Assembly: GCA_044229145.1 (NCBI GenBank)
Contig: JBGATO010000066.1
Span: forward strand, 1-19,419
Source of the DNA: Candidatus Eiseniibacteriota bacterium
Lineage (GTDB): Bacteria > Eisenbacteria > RBG-16-71-46 > CAZEPH01
Reading direction: 5' to 3'
Length of the DNA: 19,419 nt
A program made the translations under genes and the position numbers. Positions 1 through 10,300 of this stretch are shown in pieces. Numbering within the stretch: position 1 is the stretch's first letter; each line of letters opens with the position of its first letter. The notes beneath the pieces were generated by a model. It ran no database searches and was not told where the DNA came from. It saw only the letters and a program-made list of their open reading frames with translations.

Positions 1-1030
1 GGGCATGCGCGATCGGCAAGCCGATCTGCGCCCCGAGCACGATGGCATCGCGCAGCACGTAGCTGTCGCCGGTGCCGAGCGGCAGGTGGCGCGACAGCAG
101 CACACCACTGGCGATCCCGGCGCCGAAGGTGGCCACGCCGAGCGCGCCGCGTTCGTGCCGGTGCGACGGTGAGTCGTCGTACAGCCCCAGCGTGTACGCC
201 GTCGCGATGCCGAGCGCTGCGCCGTAGTCCCCGCAGGCGCCGACGAACTCACAGCGCGCCGGATCGTCGCCCAGCGCACCGGAGCCATAGTAACCGGCGA
301 GGCTTCCCGCCACGCTCGCGGCGATGCCGAGCCCGTACTTGCGTTGCTCGTCGTGCGTGCGGTCGCGGTCGTAGCGCTCGTAATCGAACGTGCCGTCGCC
401 GTTCATGTAGTCGCTGTAGTCCCGCTCCTGCGCGACGCTGTTGTCGATGAACAGCCCGAGCCCGAGTCCGCGCGAGGCGCCGTAGCCGACCAACCGGCTA
501 TCGGCACTCGAGACGTCGGCATGGCGCGTCAGCGCATACGGCACGCCAAAGCTGGCCGAGGCGGTCAGCATGTACAGTCCGACCTGCCCCTTCGTATCGG
601 TGACGTGCAGCACCTTCGGAACAGCCCAGCCATAGTAGCCCAAGCCGAGCAGCGTTTGGTAGAGCACGAGGCTGCCGCGCCCCTCGCTGGCGCCGGCCCG
701 GCGTCCCTCGGCGACGGCGGGAGCGGCGAACTGACGCGCGACCTCCCGCCAGCCGCTGGCCGGCAGCGTGAAGCGCACCAGGCGCCCGCGCGCCGTCCGT
801 GCCTCCACGACGACAGACGAATCCGGCTGGGGCGTGACGCCGACGATGCTGGCGCCGCGCAACGCCTGCGCGGGGTCGGACGCCGGCGCGAGCGCGGCCG
901 CGAGGCCAAGCGGAGTGTCGCGAAACGGCGTCCCGCTCCAGGCGGCTGCAAGTCGCGGAACGCTCAGCAACAGGAGGCCGGCGATCCACCACGCGGTCCT
1001 GCGGCGCGGGACGATCGGGCGCTCTGACAT
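1..1030 (-). CDS. Hypothetical multi-pass membrane protein with N-terminal signal-like segment (partial, runs off left edge)
   Basis: Manual translation from ATG at 1030 (GGAG RBS at ~1039-1042 on minus) is open to the window edge with no stop, so it is absent from the ORF track: MSERPIVPRRRTAWWIAGLLLLSVPRLAAAW...GRGSLVLYQTLLGLGYYGWAVPKVL...GLYMLTASASFGVPYALT...YGLGIAASVAGSLAGYYGSG...GDYGAALGIATAYTLG...GALGVATFGAGIASGVLLS. Several Gly/Ala-rich hydrophobic segments and GC3-biased codons. Confidence 0.85.
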   Translation of the reverse strand, partial: MSERPIVPRRRTAWWIAGLLLLSVPRLAAAWSGTPFRDTPLGLAAALAPASDPAQALRGASIVGVTPQPDSSVVVEARTARGRLVRFTLPASGWREVARQFAAPAVAEGRRAGASEGRGSLVLYQTLLGLGYYGWAVPKVLHVTDTKGQVGLYMLTASASFGVPYALTRHADVSSADSRLVGYGASRGLGLGLFIDNSVAQERDYSDYMNGDGTFDYERYDRDRTHDEQRKYGLGIAASVAGSLAGYYGSGALGDDPARCEFVGACGDYGAALGIATAYTLGLYDDSPSHRHERGALGVATFGAGIASGVLLSRHLPLGTGDSYVLRDAIVLGAQIGLPIAHA

Positions 1031-1076
1031 GGTCGAGTCTCCAGGGGGAGGGGTGTGCCCAAGGGAGGACGCGCCG

Positions 1077-1085
1077 ATCATAGCA
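1077..1085 (-). promoter_or_regulatory. Extended -10 promoter element (TGcTATGAT) for the membrane protein gene
   Basis: Minus strand reads TGCTATGAT, close to TGnTATAAT, about 46 nt upstream of the ATG at 1030. Confidence 0.5.
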
Positions 1086-1154
1086 TCCGCGCTCGGCTGC
1101 GGTCGCCCGGCGCGGATGACCTCGGTTCCCTGCGGTCCGCTCCCCGGACCGGCA

Positions 1155-1206
1155 CGAAATGCCGACGCCGCCATCCGCCGGGAAGCCCGGCGCGACGGCG
1201 GCGTCG
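1155..1206 (-). terminator. Long GC hairpin downstream of the nfu gene, probable intrinsic terminator
   Basis: Minus strand CGACGCCGCCGTC-G-CGCCGGG-CTT-CCCGGCG-GATGGCGGCGTCG forms a ~20-bp stem followed by GCATTTCG. It begins about 23 nt after the nfu stop. Confidence 0.6.
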
Positions 1207-1229
1207 CCTCGCGAGATGCCTGACGCGTG

Positions 1230-1826
1230 CTACCGCGCCGGCTGGTAATAGGGGTTCATCCCGCCGGCGTGATCTGTGGTGTCGAACACCTCGCCGATGT
1301 CGGGCAGGTGACGGCGAATCGCCGCCTCCACGCCCTGCTTGAGTGTCACGGTCGAGGCCGCGCAGCCCTGGCACCCGCCACCCAACCGCACGTAGACGTT
1401 CTTGTCCTTCACGTCGATCAGGTCGATGAAGCCGCCGTGCCCCGCCACCGCCGGGTTGATCTCGTTGTCGATGAGACTCTGGACCTGCGCCCGGATCTCG
1501 TCATCGCTCGGCAGCGTGGCGACGTAGTCCTCGGACACCGCCGGCGCGCCGCTCACCAGGTGCGCGCGGATCGCGGCCCCCACTTGGCGCGCGATCGGCG
1601 CCCAATCGCCGATGCCTTCCTTGTTCACGGTGACCACGTGGCCGGCGAAGCGGACGCCGGTAATCGGCTCGATGTTGAAGAGCGTGCTGGCGAGCGGGGA
1701 GAGGCGTGCCCGCTCCGGGTCTTCGAATCGGGCGGCCCCGCCGGGGTAGACCGGCGCGCTGACGGTGAAGCGACAGCTTCCCTCGTCGATAGGTTCCGCG
1801 GTGATTTTGATGTCCGAGGGTTCCAT
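1230..1826 (-). CDS. nfuA: NifU/Nfu-family Fe-S cluster carrier (Nfu_N-like domain plus NifU_C CxxC domain), 198 aa
   Basis: EINPAVAGHGGFIDL...RLGGGCQGCAASTVTLKQGVE is the NifU_C CxxC motif. SPLASTLFNIEPITGVRFAGHVVTVNK...W resembles Nfu_N. GGAGG RBS lies just upstream of ATG 1826, so the start is MEPSDIK rather than 2048. Confidence 0.9.
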   Translation of the reverse strand: MEPSDIKITAEPIDEGSCRFTVSAPVYPGGAARFEDPERARLSPLASTLFNIEPITGVRFAGHVVTVNKEGIGDWAPIARQVGAAIRAHLVSGAPAVSEDYVATLPSDDEIRAQVQSLIDNEINPAVAGHGGFIDLIDVKDKNVYVRLGGGCQGCAASTVTLKQGVEAAIRRHLPDIGEVFDTTDHAGGMNPYYQPAR

Positions 1827-2036
1827 GCATCCTCCGTCCACAGTCCACACCTGTACGCGCCCGATGGTACGCGGACCGCGCCCGCCGGTCCACACGCCGC
1901 CGGGGGACCGCCGCTGGCGACCACGCGTGAGATGCCGCGGGGCGGCAATCGGACGCGAGGTGGACCGCCATGCCGCCGGCCGCCATCCTGGCGTGCTCGA
2001 CGTCCGGTTGGTAGGGGACGAAAGTGGGGAACTTCG

Positions 2037-2061
2037 TAACGAGAACATTATCAGTGCGTTA
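2037..2061. promoter_or_regulatory. IHF-consensus site within a TAACG...CGTTA inverted repeat in the divergent nfu/kinase intergenic region
   Basis: TATCAGTGCGTTA at 2049-2061 matches WATCARNNNNTTR exactly, in an AT-rich patch of otherwise GC-rich DNA. Confidence 0.4.
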
Positions 2062-2281
2062 GGTCCTATCGCGGGCGTTCGGCGGCGCCGGGCGCTCCGG
2101 CGGGCGCGGGCGAGCCGCCACGAATCTGCCGGCTGGCGCCGCCTGGCGCTTCAGGCGCCGCGTGCGCGATCCGAAAACCAGAAGGACCTCGGAGGCACGG
2201 ACGTCGCCGTCAGGTAGGCGCTGCGATCGTCAGGCCACGCGGGGTGGACCGCTCACTGCCCAGCCCGGAACCTTCTTGCTG

Positions 2282-5200
2282 ATGACGCTGCATCCGCCAT
2301 CGACATCGTCGTCCGCGTCTGCCACCCGCTCGCGCGCATCCTCACAGCGCCGCCAGGTCGGCTATTGGTTGCTGACCGCGATCCTCGTGACCTCGATCGC
2401 GTTGGCGCTGGTCAGCAATCGCCGTCACGCCGCGCTCAACGCCCAGTTCGTCGCCGTCAATCGGAACTGGGGCGAGTTGCTCGAGCGGATCACCGAGCTC
2501 AACGAACTTGCGGCCACCGTCGACAAGCCGGGCAATCAGGTGTTCGTGTCGCACGATCCCACCGGCGAACGCGCCAGCCTGCAGGCGGCGCGCGAGGAAT
2601 TCGACAAGGAAGCCACGGCGCTCCAGGACGACCTCCACCGGCTGCTGCCGCCGGAAGATGCACTGGTCGTTGGCACCGGGTTGATCCGGCTTCGCGAGGG
2701 TGTGGCGCGGGTCGACCACCGGGCGCTCGCGGTGGTGAACTCGTATGCCTCCGATCCGGCTCGCGTCGGAGAAGAGATGGCCTTCATGGATCAGGAATAC
2801 ATGATGGCCAATGCGAATTTCGCGCGCCTGGCGCACATGGCGCGCACGCGCCAGAACGCGGTGCAGGACGACATCCTGGCGCGCGGGGAGAAGCTGAACA
2901 CCTTCGATTTGTGGATGGCGCTGTTGTTGTTCGCGATCGCGGCGTGTGTCGGCGTCGTCAATCATCGCGTCGCACGCCGCAGCGCCCAAGCGCTGGCCGA
3001 GCACGATCGCATGACCGCGCGGCTCCAAGAGCGCGAAGCGCGGTTGCACGCGATCGTCGCCCACGCGCCGGACGCCATCGTCACCTATGCCGCGGATGGT
3101 GCCATCGAATCGGCGAATCCGGCGGCCGAGCGGCTGTTCGGCTACGAGGCGAGCGAGCTCGCCGGAGCATCGCTCGCCATCTTGTTGCCGGAACACGGGC
3201 GGGATGCACAACTCGCGCAGCTGTTGGCCGACGGCGACGGTGAACAGCACGAAGGCGACCTCACCGGCCTGCGTCGCGACGGCACCACACTGCCGCTCGA
3301 TCTCTCGGTGAGTCACGTCGACCTCGGGACGCGCCGCATCTTCACGGCGATCCTGCGCGACATGAGCGCGCGCCGCCGCGCCGAACGCGAACGCGACCGC
3401 TTCTTCCACGGGTCGCTCGACCTCTTGGCGGTGATCGGGCACGACGGTGTGTTCAAGTCGCTCAATCCCGCGTTCATGCAAGTGCTCGGGTACACCGCGG
3501 ACGATTTGCTCGGGCGCCAGTTCCTCGAGATCGTGCATCCGGACGATCGCGAGGCGACGCGCGACTTCGCGCGCCACCTGCGCGGCACCGCGGAGACGCG
3601 GCGCTTCGAGAACCGCTGCGTCGGCAAGAACGGCATGATCCACTGGGTGCTGTGGAACGCGACGCCGTTCCACGACGAGAAGATGTTGCTCGCCTCCGGC
3701 CGCGACATCACCGAGCGCAAGCAGGCGGAAGAAGCGCTGCGGCAGTCGGAGGAGCGCAAGGGCGCCATCCTGCAAAGCGCCCTCGACTGCATCATCCTGA
3801 TGGATGCGCAGGGCCGGATCACCGAGTTCAATCCGTCGGCGGCGCGGACTTTCCGACGGCGGCGCGAGGAAGTCATCGGCCGCCAGTTGGCCGACGTGAT
3901 CATTCCGCCAGCGTTGCGCGCCGCGCACTCCCGTGGCCTCGAGCGCCTGCGCGAAACGATGGACGGTCCGGTGCTCGGCCACCGCATCGAGGTCCCCGGC
4001 CTGCGTTCGGACGGCGTCGAGATTCCGATGGAACTCACCGTCACGCCGATCCCGACCAACGGCGAACCGATGTTCGCCGGCTTCATGCGCGACCTCACCG
4101 CGCGCAAGCAGGCCGAAGGGCGTCTGGCGCTGCAGAACGGTGTCACGCGCGCGCTGGCCGAAGCTGCCGATCTCGAGAATGCGGCGCGTGATGTCCTCGC
4201 CACCTTGGGACAGCACCTTGCGTGGCCCGCCGGCGTGTTCTGGCTCTTCGATCAGGAAGAGCAGCGCTTGCGCTGCGTCGCGCACTGGGGCAACACCGAT
4301 CCGCGCGCGCGGCAGTACGCGGCATCGTGCATGGACACGCTGATCGCGCCCGGCGACGACCTGCCGGGCCGCGTGTGGATCTCCGGTGCGCCGCGGTTCC
4401 TCGCGCACATCGCCACCACCGAGTGGTTCACGCGCAACGCCGAAGCCATCGCCGGCGGATTGCGCAGCGTGCTCGGCCTGCCGATCAGTCGCGGCGATCA
4501 CACGCTCGGCGTCATCGAACTCTACACACCGTCGCCGACCGCGCCGGACGACGATCTCATGCAAGTCCTGACCTCGCTCGGGCAGCAGATCGGCCAGTAC
4601 GTCGACCGCCGGCTCACCGAGCGGGCACTGCGCGAACGCGAAGTCGCACTCACGAGTTTCTACGACAACGCGCCGGTGATGATGGGCATGCTCGAACTCA
4701 CCGCCACCGACGAAGTGCGGGTCACCAGCGCCAACAGCGCCGCCACCGCGTTGCTCCTGCGGCGCGACGGCGATCGCACGACGCTGCCGGCCGACGGCGT
4801 GCCGTTGTGGACGGCGATGCTGCACGAGGCGCGCGACGGCCGTCGTCCGGTGCGTTTCGAAAGCGAAATCGCCGGCCTCGAAGGCGGCGTGCAGTGGTTG
4901 ACCGCGACCGTGTCCTACGTGGCCGATAGCCGCGCCGGTTTGCCGCAATTCTGCTTCGTCGCCGAGGACATCAGCGAGCGCAAGTCGGCCGAGAACGAGC
5001 GCACGCGCGCGTTGCGCGAGCTCGAGGTCGCCCACTCGCAGACCGAAGAGCAGGCGCAGCAGCTGCAATCGCAGGCCATCGAACTGTCGCGCGCACGCGA
5101 CGAAGCGCTGGCGTCGACGCGTGCGAAGAGCGAGTTCCTCGCCAACATGAGTCACGAGATCCGCACGCCGATGAACGGCGTGATCGGCATGACGGGACTC

Positions 5201-7063
5201 TTGCTCGACACGCCGCTGTCGCGCGAGCAGCGCGAGTTCGCGCAGACGATTTCGTCGAGCGCCGACTCGCTGCTCACGCTCATCAACGACATTCTCGACT
5301 TCTCGAAGATCGAAGCCGGCAAGATGACGATCGAGGACATCGACTTCAACTTGCGTACGGTGATCGAAGAGGTGTGTGAGCTTTTGGCCCCGCGCGCGCA
5401 CGAGAAGGCGCTCGAACTGCTGCCGTCCGTGCCGCCGGGCTTCCCCGAAGAACTGCGCGGCGACCCAGGACGCGTACGCCAAGTGCTCACCAACTTGGTT
5501 GGTAATGCCATCAAGTTCACCGAATCGGGCGAGGTGTCGATCGAGACGCGGCTGGTGCACAGCAGCCCGACGCATGTGCAGTTCGACGTCGCGGTGCGCG
5601 ACACCGGCATCGGCATTCCGTACGAACGGCAGGCGAAGATCTTCGAGTCGTTCACGCAGGCCGACGGCGGCACCACGCGGCGCTTCGGTGGCACCGGACT
5701 CGGCCTCACCATCTCGCGCCAGCTGACGCAACTCATGGGCGGCGACATCACGCTCGACAGCACGCCCGGCGCCGGCGCGACGTTCACCGTGCACATGACG
5801 CTGCCGCGCGCCGTCGCCCAGTCGGCCCGCGTGCGTTGCGTGCCGTGGCAGCTTGCCGGATTGCGTGTGCTGATCGTCGACGACAACGCCACCAACCGCA
5901 CCATCCTGCGCGAGCAGATGCGGTCGTGGGGCTGCCGGCCATCCGAGGTGGCATCCGGCGCGGAGGCCCTGGCATTCCTGCGCGCGCAAGACCCGCAGGA
6001 TCCGGTGCGCTTGGCCGTCCTCGACATGATGATGCCGGAGATGGACGGCGAGAAGCTGGCGTCGGAGATCAAGGCGGATCCGGCGATGCGCGACACCGTG
6101 CTGGTGTTGCTGTCCTCCGCCGGCACGCGGGGCAACGCCGACAAGATGAAGCGCGCCGGGTTCGCCGCGTGCCTCATGAAGCCGGTCCGGCAGTCGCAGC
6201 TGTTCGACACCTTGGCCGAAGTCCTCGGCATGGACGACGATGCGCTGCTCGCCCAGGCGATTGCGCCCAAGAAGCCGTCCCCCGAGGGCACGACACTCGG
6301 CCTGCGCGTATTGCTGGCCGAAGACAACATGGTGAACCAGAAGGTCGCCGTCCGCATGCTCGAGAAGATGGGCTGCCGGGCCGATGCGGTGGCGAACGGA
6401 CGCGAAGCGGTGGATGCCTATCAGTCGCTGCCCTACGACGTGGTGCTGATGGACGTGCAGATGCCGGAAATGGATGGCTTCGCGGCCACGCGGGAAATCC
6501 GCCGCCTGCAAGCCGGCGGCATGCCGCGCGTGCCGGTGATCGCGATGACCGCGCACGCGATGGAGGGCGACCGCGAGCGCTGTCTCGCCGCCGGCATGGA
6601 CGACTACGTCACCAAACCTGTCAACGCGCAACAGCTCCGAGAAGCGCTGCTCCGCCAGTGCCAACCCAAGACCGCAGACGTGCCGGCGGAGCCGGCCCGC
6701 AGAGGAGGACCCGAGGTGGTATTCGATTTCAACCGTCTCCAGGATGTGACGGGTGGGGACCCGGAATTCGAGGACGCGATCCTGAATGAGTTCCTCGGTG
6801 GCCTGCCGAAGTCGATGGAACGCCTCGAGGGAGCCATCACCTCCGGCGACTGCACCGCCGTGACCCACGCGGCGCACGCGCTGCGCGGGAGCGCGCGCAC
6901 CTTGGGCGCCGAGGCCATCGGCTTCGCCTGCCTCGAAATCGAGACCGCCGCCAATGCCGGCACGCTCGATGAGGCGCCGGCGATGTACCAGCGGGTCGAA
7001 CTCGAGCAGCAGCGCCTGGTCGACACGCTACAGACGTACCTGCAGCAGCGGCGCGCGGCCTAG
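2282..7063 (+). CDS. Membrane-anchored hybrid sensor histidine kinase (TM-helical sensor-TM, PAS x3, GAF, PAS, HisKA, HATPase, 2 x REC, Hpt)
   Basis: H-box [18 protein letters not shown] boxes [27 protein letters not shown]; receivers [16 protein letters not shown] and [19 protein letters not shown]; Hpt [13 protein letters not shown] ends RDMSAR/RDITERK/RDLTARK/EDISERK; GAF LPGRVW..VLGLPI. ATG 2282 chosen as start; the ORF is open from 2162, so the start is uncertain. Confidence 0.95.
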   Translation: MTLHPPSTSSSASATRSRASSQRRQVGYWLLTAILVTSIALALVSNRRHAALNAQFVAVNRNWGELLERITELNELAATVDKPGNQVFVSHDPTGERASLQAAREEFDKEATALQDDLHRLLPPEDALVVGTGLIRLREGVARVDHRALAVVNSYASDPARVGEEMAFMDQEYMMANANFARLAHMARTRQNAVQDDILARGEKLNTFDLWMALLLFAIAACVGVVNHRVARRSAQALAEHDRMTARLQEREARLHAIVAHAPDAIVTYAADGAIESANPAAERLFGYEASELAGASLAILLPEHGRDAQLAQLLADGDGEQHEGDLTGLRRDGTTLPLDLSVSHVDLGTRRIFTAILRDMSARRRAERERDRFFHGSLDLLAVIGHDGVFKSLNPAFMQVLGYTADDLLGRQFLEIVHPDDREATRDFARHLRGTAETRRFENRCVGKNGMIHWVLWNATPFHDEKMLLASGRDITERKQAEEALRQSEERKGAILQSALDCIILMDAQGRITEFNPSAARTFRRRREEVIGRQLADVIIPPALRAAHSRGLERLRETMDGPVLGHRIEVPGLRSDGVEIPMELTVTPIPTNGEPMFAGFMRDLTARKQAEGRLALQNGVTRALAEAADLENAARDVLATLGQHLAWPAGVFWLFDQEEQRLRCVAHWGNTDPRARQYAASCMDTLIAPGDDLPGRVWISGAPRFLAHIATTEWFTRNAEAIAGGLRSVLGLPISRGDHTLGVIELYTPSPTAPDDDLMQVLTSLGQQIGQYVDRRLTERALREREVALTSFYDNAPVMMGMLELTATDEVRVTSANSAATALLLRRDGDRTTLPADGVPLWTAMLHEARDGRRPVRFESEIAGLEGGVQWLTATVSYVADSRAGLPQFCFVAEDISERKSAENERTRALRELEVAHSQTEEQAQQLQSQAIELSRARDEALASTRAKSEFLANMSHEIRTPMNGVIGMTGLLLDTPLSREQREFAQTISSSADSLLTLINDILDFSKIEAGKMTIEDIDFNLRTVIEEVCELLAPRAHEKALELLPSVPPGFPEELRGDPGRVRQVLTNLVGNAIKFTESGEVSIETRLVHSSPTHVQFDVAVRDTGIGIPYERQAKIFESFTQADGGTTRRFGGTGLGLTISRQLTQLMGGDITLDSTPGAGATFTVHMTLPRAVAQSARVRCVPWQLAGLRVLIVDDNATNRTILREQMRSWGCRPSEVASGAEALAFLRAQDPQDPVRLAVLDMMMPEMDGEKLASEIKADPAMRDTVLVLLSSAGTRGNADKMKRAGFAACLMKPVRQSQLFDTLAEVLGMDDDALLAQAIAPKKPSPEGTTLGLRVLLAEDNMVNQKVAVRMLEKMGCRADAVANGREAVDAYQSLPYDVVLMDVQMPEMDGFAATREIRRLQAGGMPRVPVIAMTAHAMEGDRERCLAAGMDDYVTKPVNAQQLREALLRQCQPKTADVPAEPARRGGPEVVFDFNRLQDVTGGDPEFEDAILNEFLGGLPKSMERLEGAITSGDCTAVTHAAHALRGSARTLGAEAIGFACLEIETAANAGTLDEAPAMYQRVELEQQRLVDTLQTYLQQRRAA

Positions 7064-7111
7064 CCGCCGCCGTCGACCTCCGGCCGTCGGCGTCGCCGCG
7101 GCTGGGAGCGC

Positions 7112-7153
7112 GCATCGTGTGACGGGATCCTTCGGGTTCCCGCCACGCGGTGC
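7112..7153 (+). terminator. Long stem-loop with C(UUCG)G tetraloop after the kinase gene
   Basis: GCATCGTGTGACGGGATCC-TTCG-GGTTCCCGCCACGCGGTGC: 19-position stem with 2 mismatches and 2 G-U pairs, no U-tract. Confidence 0.45.
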
Positions 7154-7184
7154 CCGTCGTGCGTTGCGCGCGACGCGCCCCGCC

Positions 7185-7213
7185 TAGTCAGCGCGCGAGC
7201 TCCGCGCTAAGAT
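7185..7213 (+). promoter_or_regulatory. Candidate sigma70-type promoter for the large secreted protein
   Basis: TAGTCA-17 nt-TAAGAT, about 95 nt upstream of ATG 7309. Confidence 0.4.
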
Positions 7214-7308
7214 CGGCCAGCCTGCCGCGGACGCGCACGCCGAGCGAATGCCTTCGTGCCCGCCCTCCGCGCCTTTGCATCCATCCGCTCTCTTGCCGAG
7301 GTTTTCGC

Positions 7309-10300
7309 ATGCGCTCGCGCCACCCGCGGCCCTGGTTCTCGCGTTCCATCGTCGTCCTGTCGCTCCTGCTCGCCGCCACCGCGGGGGCGCATCCCCCGCG
7401 TCGCGCGGAAGTCGTCGACCTCGGGGACGCGCTGACCGCGCCGCCATCGCGCGGCGCCGCCTCCGCCACCAGCACGCCGCCCGACAGCTTCGCGTGGGGG
7501 CCGTGGAATTTCGAACTCGGCTGGAACGGCTGGACCGACGTCGACTCGACGACCAACGCCGGCGTCTACGCGCACGTCGAGGACTTGACCACGGTGCCGG
7601 GCAGCCGCGGCAACGGCGCGTTGTTCACGGGGCGCGTGTTGTGGTTCGGGCAGACCGGCTACAACGCGTGCGGGCCGCGCGGCTGCATGCCGGGGTACGA
7701 CAACGGCGTGCATCAAATCGCCTTCCACACCGCGACACCGGCCGCCGGCGATCGTCTGCGCCTGCGCTACCGTGTCGAGTGCGAAGACGGATTCGACTAT
7801 GCCTATGTGTTGGTGGACCGGCGCGGCGCCCCGGCGGCGATCGGGGATCCGGCGCAGCAGGTATTCGCGTTCGGCACGCCGGCGGCGGGGCAGGTCGACA
7901 CGCTGGCGGCGTTCACCGGATTCGCCGAGGACAGTCTCGATGTCGACTTGTCGCCGTACGCGGGGCTCGCGGTGGCCATCGAGATCGTCGCCGAATCGGA
8001 CGGCGCCGGCTCCGATGCCGACTGCGACGCCGACACCCGCGACGGCCTCGTGCAAGTGGACGACGTCGCGATCGGCGCCACGCTCACCGACTTCGAAAGC
8101 GGGCTGGCGGGCTGGAGCGTCGGGCGGCTGCAGGGCAACGGCACCACGGCGACCTTGCAGCCGCTCGCCGCGCTGCCGATGGGCGATGCCTGCCCCGCCA
8201 CCTGCGGCCTCGCCGGCACCGTCGCCTGTCTCTACACGACCTCCGTGCCGGGCTATCACCCGATCGAGCAGAACGAGTTGCTGGTCTCCGAGCCCATCGA
8301 CCTGACCGCGAATCCCGGCTGGCCGGCGAGCGGCTATCTGCTGCAGTTCGACGTCTATTCGAACCTCACGCTCAGCGCGTCGATCTTCTACGTGTGGCAC
8401 GTGCGCTATTCGCCGGCGGTCACCAGCGACTGCGCGTGCAGCGATCCCGCCGACTGGTCGCCGTGGTTCGACGATGGCGTGCAGTATTACAACAATGGCC
8501 TGGTGGGCTGCCTCACCGCGGTGCAGATTCCGGTGATGACGCACATTCCGGCCTCGGCGCGCCGCGTGCAGCTCGCGCTCGGCGTGATCATGCCGCCGGG
8601 CGGCGGTGCGGGCTACGGCGCCGGCAATCAATCGCCCTACTTCGACAATGTCTCGTTGCGCGCCACCAACTCGACGCGCGCGCCTGGCATCTCCATGCAG
8701 CGCTACGAGTACCTACAGGACGCGTATCCCAACGCGGCGAGCTTCGCGGCGGCGAAGGCCACTCCGGCGAAGATCGATGCCGGCCGTAACCTCGACACCT
8801 ACAAGACGCGCACGCGGCTTGCCGACTCCCTGACGTGTGCGATCGCGACGTCGTGCGGCTCCCTGTCCGCGAGCGAGGTCGACCTCGTCTTCCGTGTCAC
8901 GCCCGGGCCCTGTCTCAACCACGCGCATCCGTGGTGGGCGGCGTACGAGGCGCAGCCGAAGATCGCCAGCGGGCCGTACGCCGGCTTCGCGGTCGCGCGG
9001 CTCGACACGACGAAGGCCGCCGGACTCTCGATCTCGATCGGCGGCACCGGCGGGCAGCCGGCCGGCACCACCGGCTATCGCAGCACGTTCCATGAGCTGC
9101 CGGTCGATGTCGCCACCACCTACGCCGGTCTCGGCAACTGGTCCGCCTACACCGGCGGCGCTGAGAACCTGGCGATCTTCCCCGACGACCTCTTCACGCC
9201 CGGCACGCACATCGAGTACGCGCTGCACTCGACCTATATCCCGGTGCAAGCCAACGGCGACGCCTATCTGCCGGACCCCGTCCACGGCAATCCCGACGGC
9301 GACCGCCTCGGCGCCACCATCGGCGATCCGCGCTGGCTCTCGCAGGGCGGCAGCTACGACCCCACCGCGCCGTTCGTCGAGGAAGTCACCGTGTTGCCGA
9401 CCACGACACGCGATGGCACCACGGACTGCGCCGGCGCGCAGCCGGCCTCGTGTTTCCTCTACGTGGACCACGCCGACCAGCGCGGCTCGCAGCCAACCAT
9501 CGAGACCGCGTTTCGCAACCTCGGCATCCACTGGGACCGCTACGACGTGCGGGCGCCGACGAGTCAGGAGGGCAACGACCTCGGTTCGCGCCAAGATCCG
9601 CTCTACTACACCAGCGAGGATCACGCGCCAGGCCCGCTGCCGTCGCTGCTCAACGAGGTCTATGGCGCCATCCTGTGGAGCGCCGGGTCGATCTTCCAGA
9701 CCAACTTCAGTTACGGCAGCCAGGTCAGCTTCGCCAGCGATGCCGGCAACGCGGTGGCGCTCCTCGACCAGTGGATTCGTCTCAAGGACGGCCGCCCGCG
9801 CCTGCTGTGGGTGAGTGGCGACGGCAACGCGCGCTTCCTCAACAAGACCGGCAACCGCCTGACCTTCCTCAACACCACGCTGGGCGCCACCTACGCCGGG
9901 CCGCAGTATCGCGACAAGAATACGGCGTGGAACGTGACGCTCACCGGGCTGGGCCCGGATTGCACGAGCGGCATCGCCTACGGACTGCGCGCCAATTGGT
10001 GTCCGGAGCGGCGCTCGTACAACCTGCTGGGGCGCTACACGGGCGCGGCGTTCGGCACTACCGCGGCCAACGTGAAGTATCCGGATGCGGCCGGCACCTG
10101 GTACGCCGGCGTGCAGACGGTCGCTACCACCGGCGGTTACAACGCGCGAGTGCAGATGGACGGCTTCAGCCTCGACCAAGTGCGGCAGGTGGGCGGCGCC
10201 CCAGGCAACGAAACGACCTCCAACGTCGGTGACTTCGCCGCCCGCGTGCTCTCGTCGTGTTCCACCGCCTGCTTCACGAATCTGCTCTCGACCGACGTCG

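Noticed and set aside
169..1374. Several Arg/Ala/Pro-rich ORFs in the track (e.g. 344..1027 +, 498..992 -)
   Set aside because: These are alternate-frame or antisense shadows of the minus-strand CDS starting at 1030, or span intergenic hairpins.
1827..2048. N-terminal extension of the Nfu ORF
   Set aside because: The translation is low-complexity and Arg/Pro-rich, and a strong GGAGG RBS supports the start at 1826.
2342..6877. 1511-aa antisense ORF
   Set aside because: It is the shadow of the kinase gene; GC3 bias depletes stop codons on the opposite strand, and it has no protein motifs.
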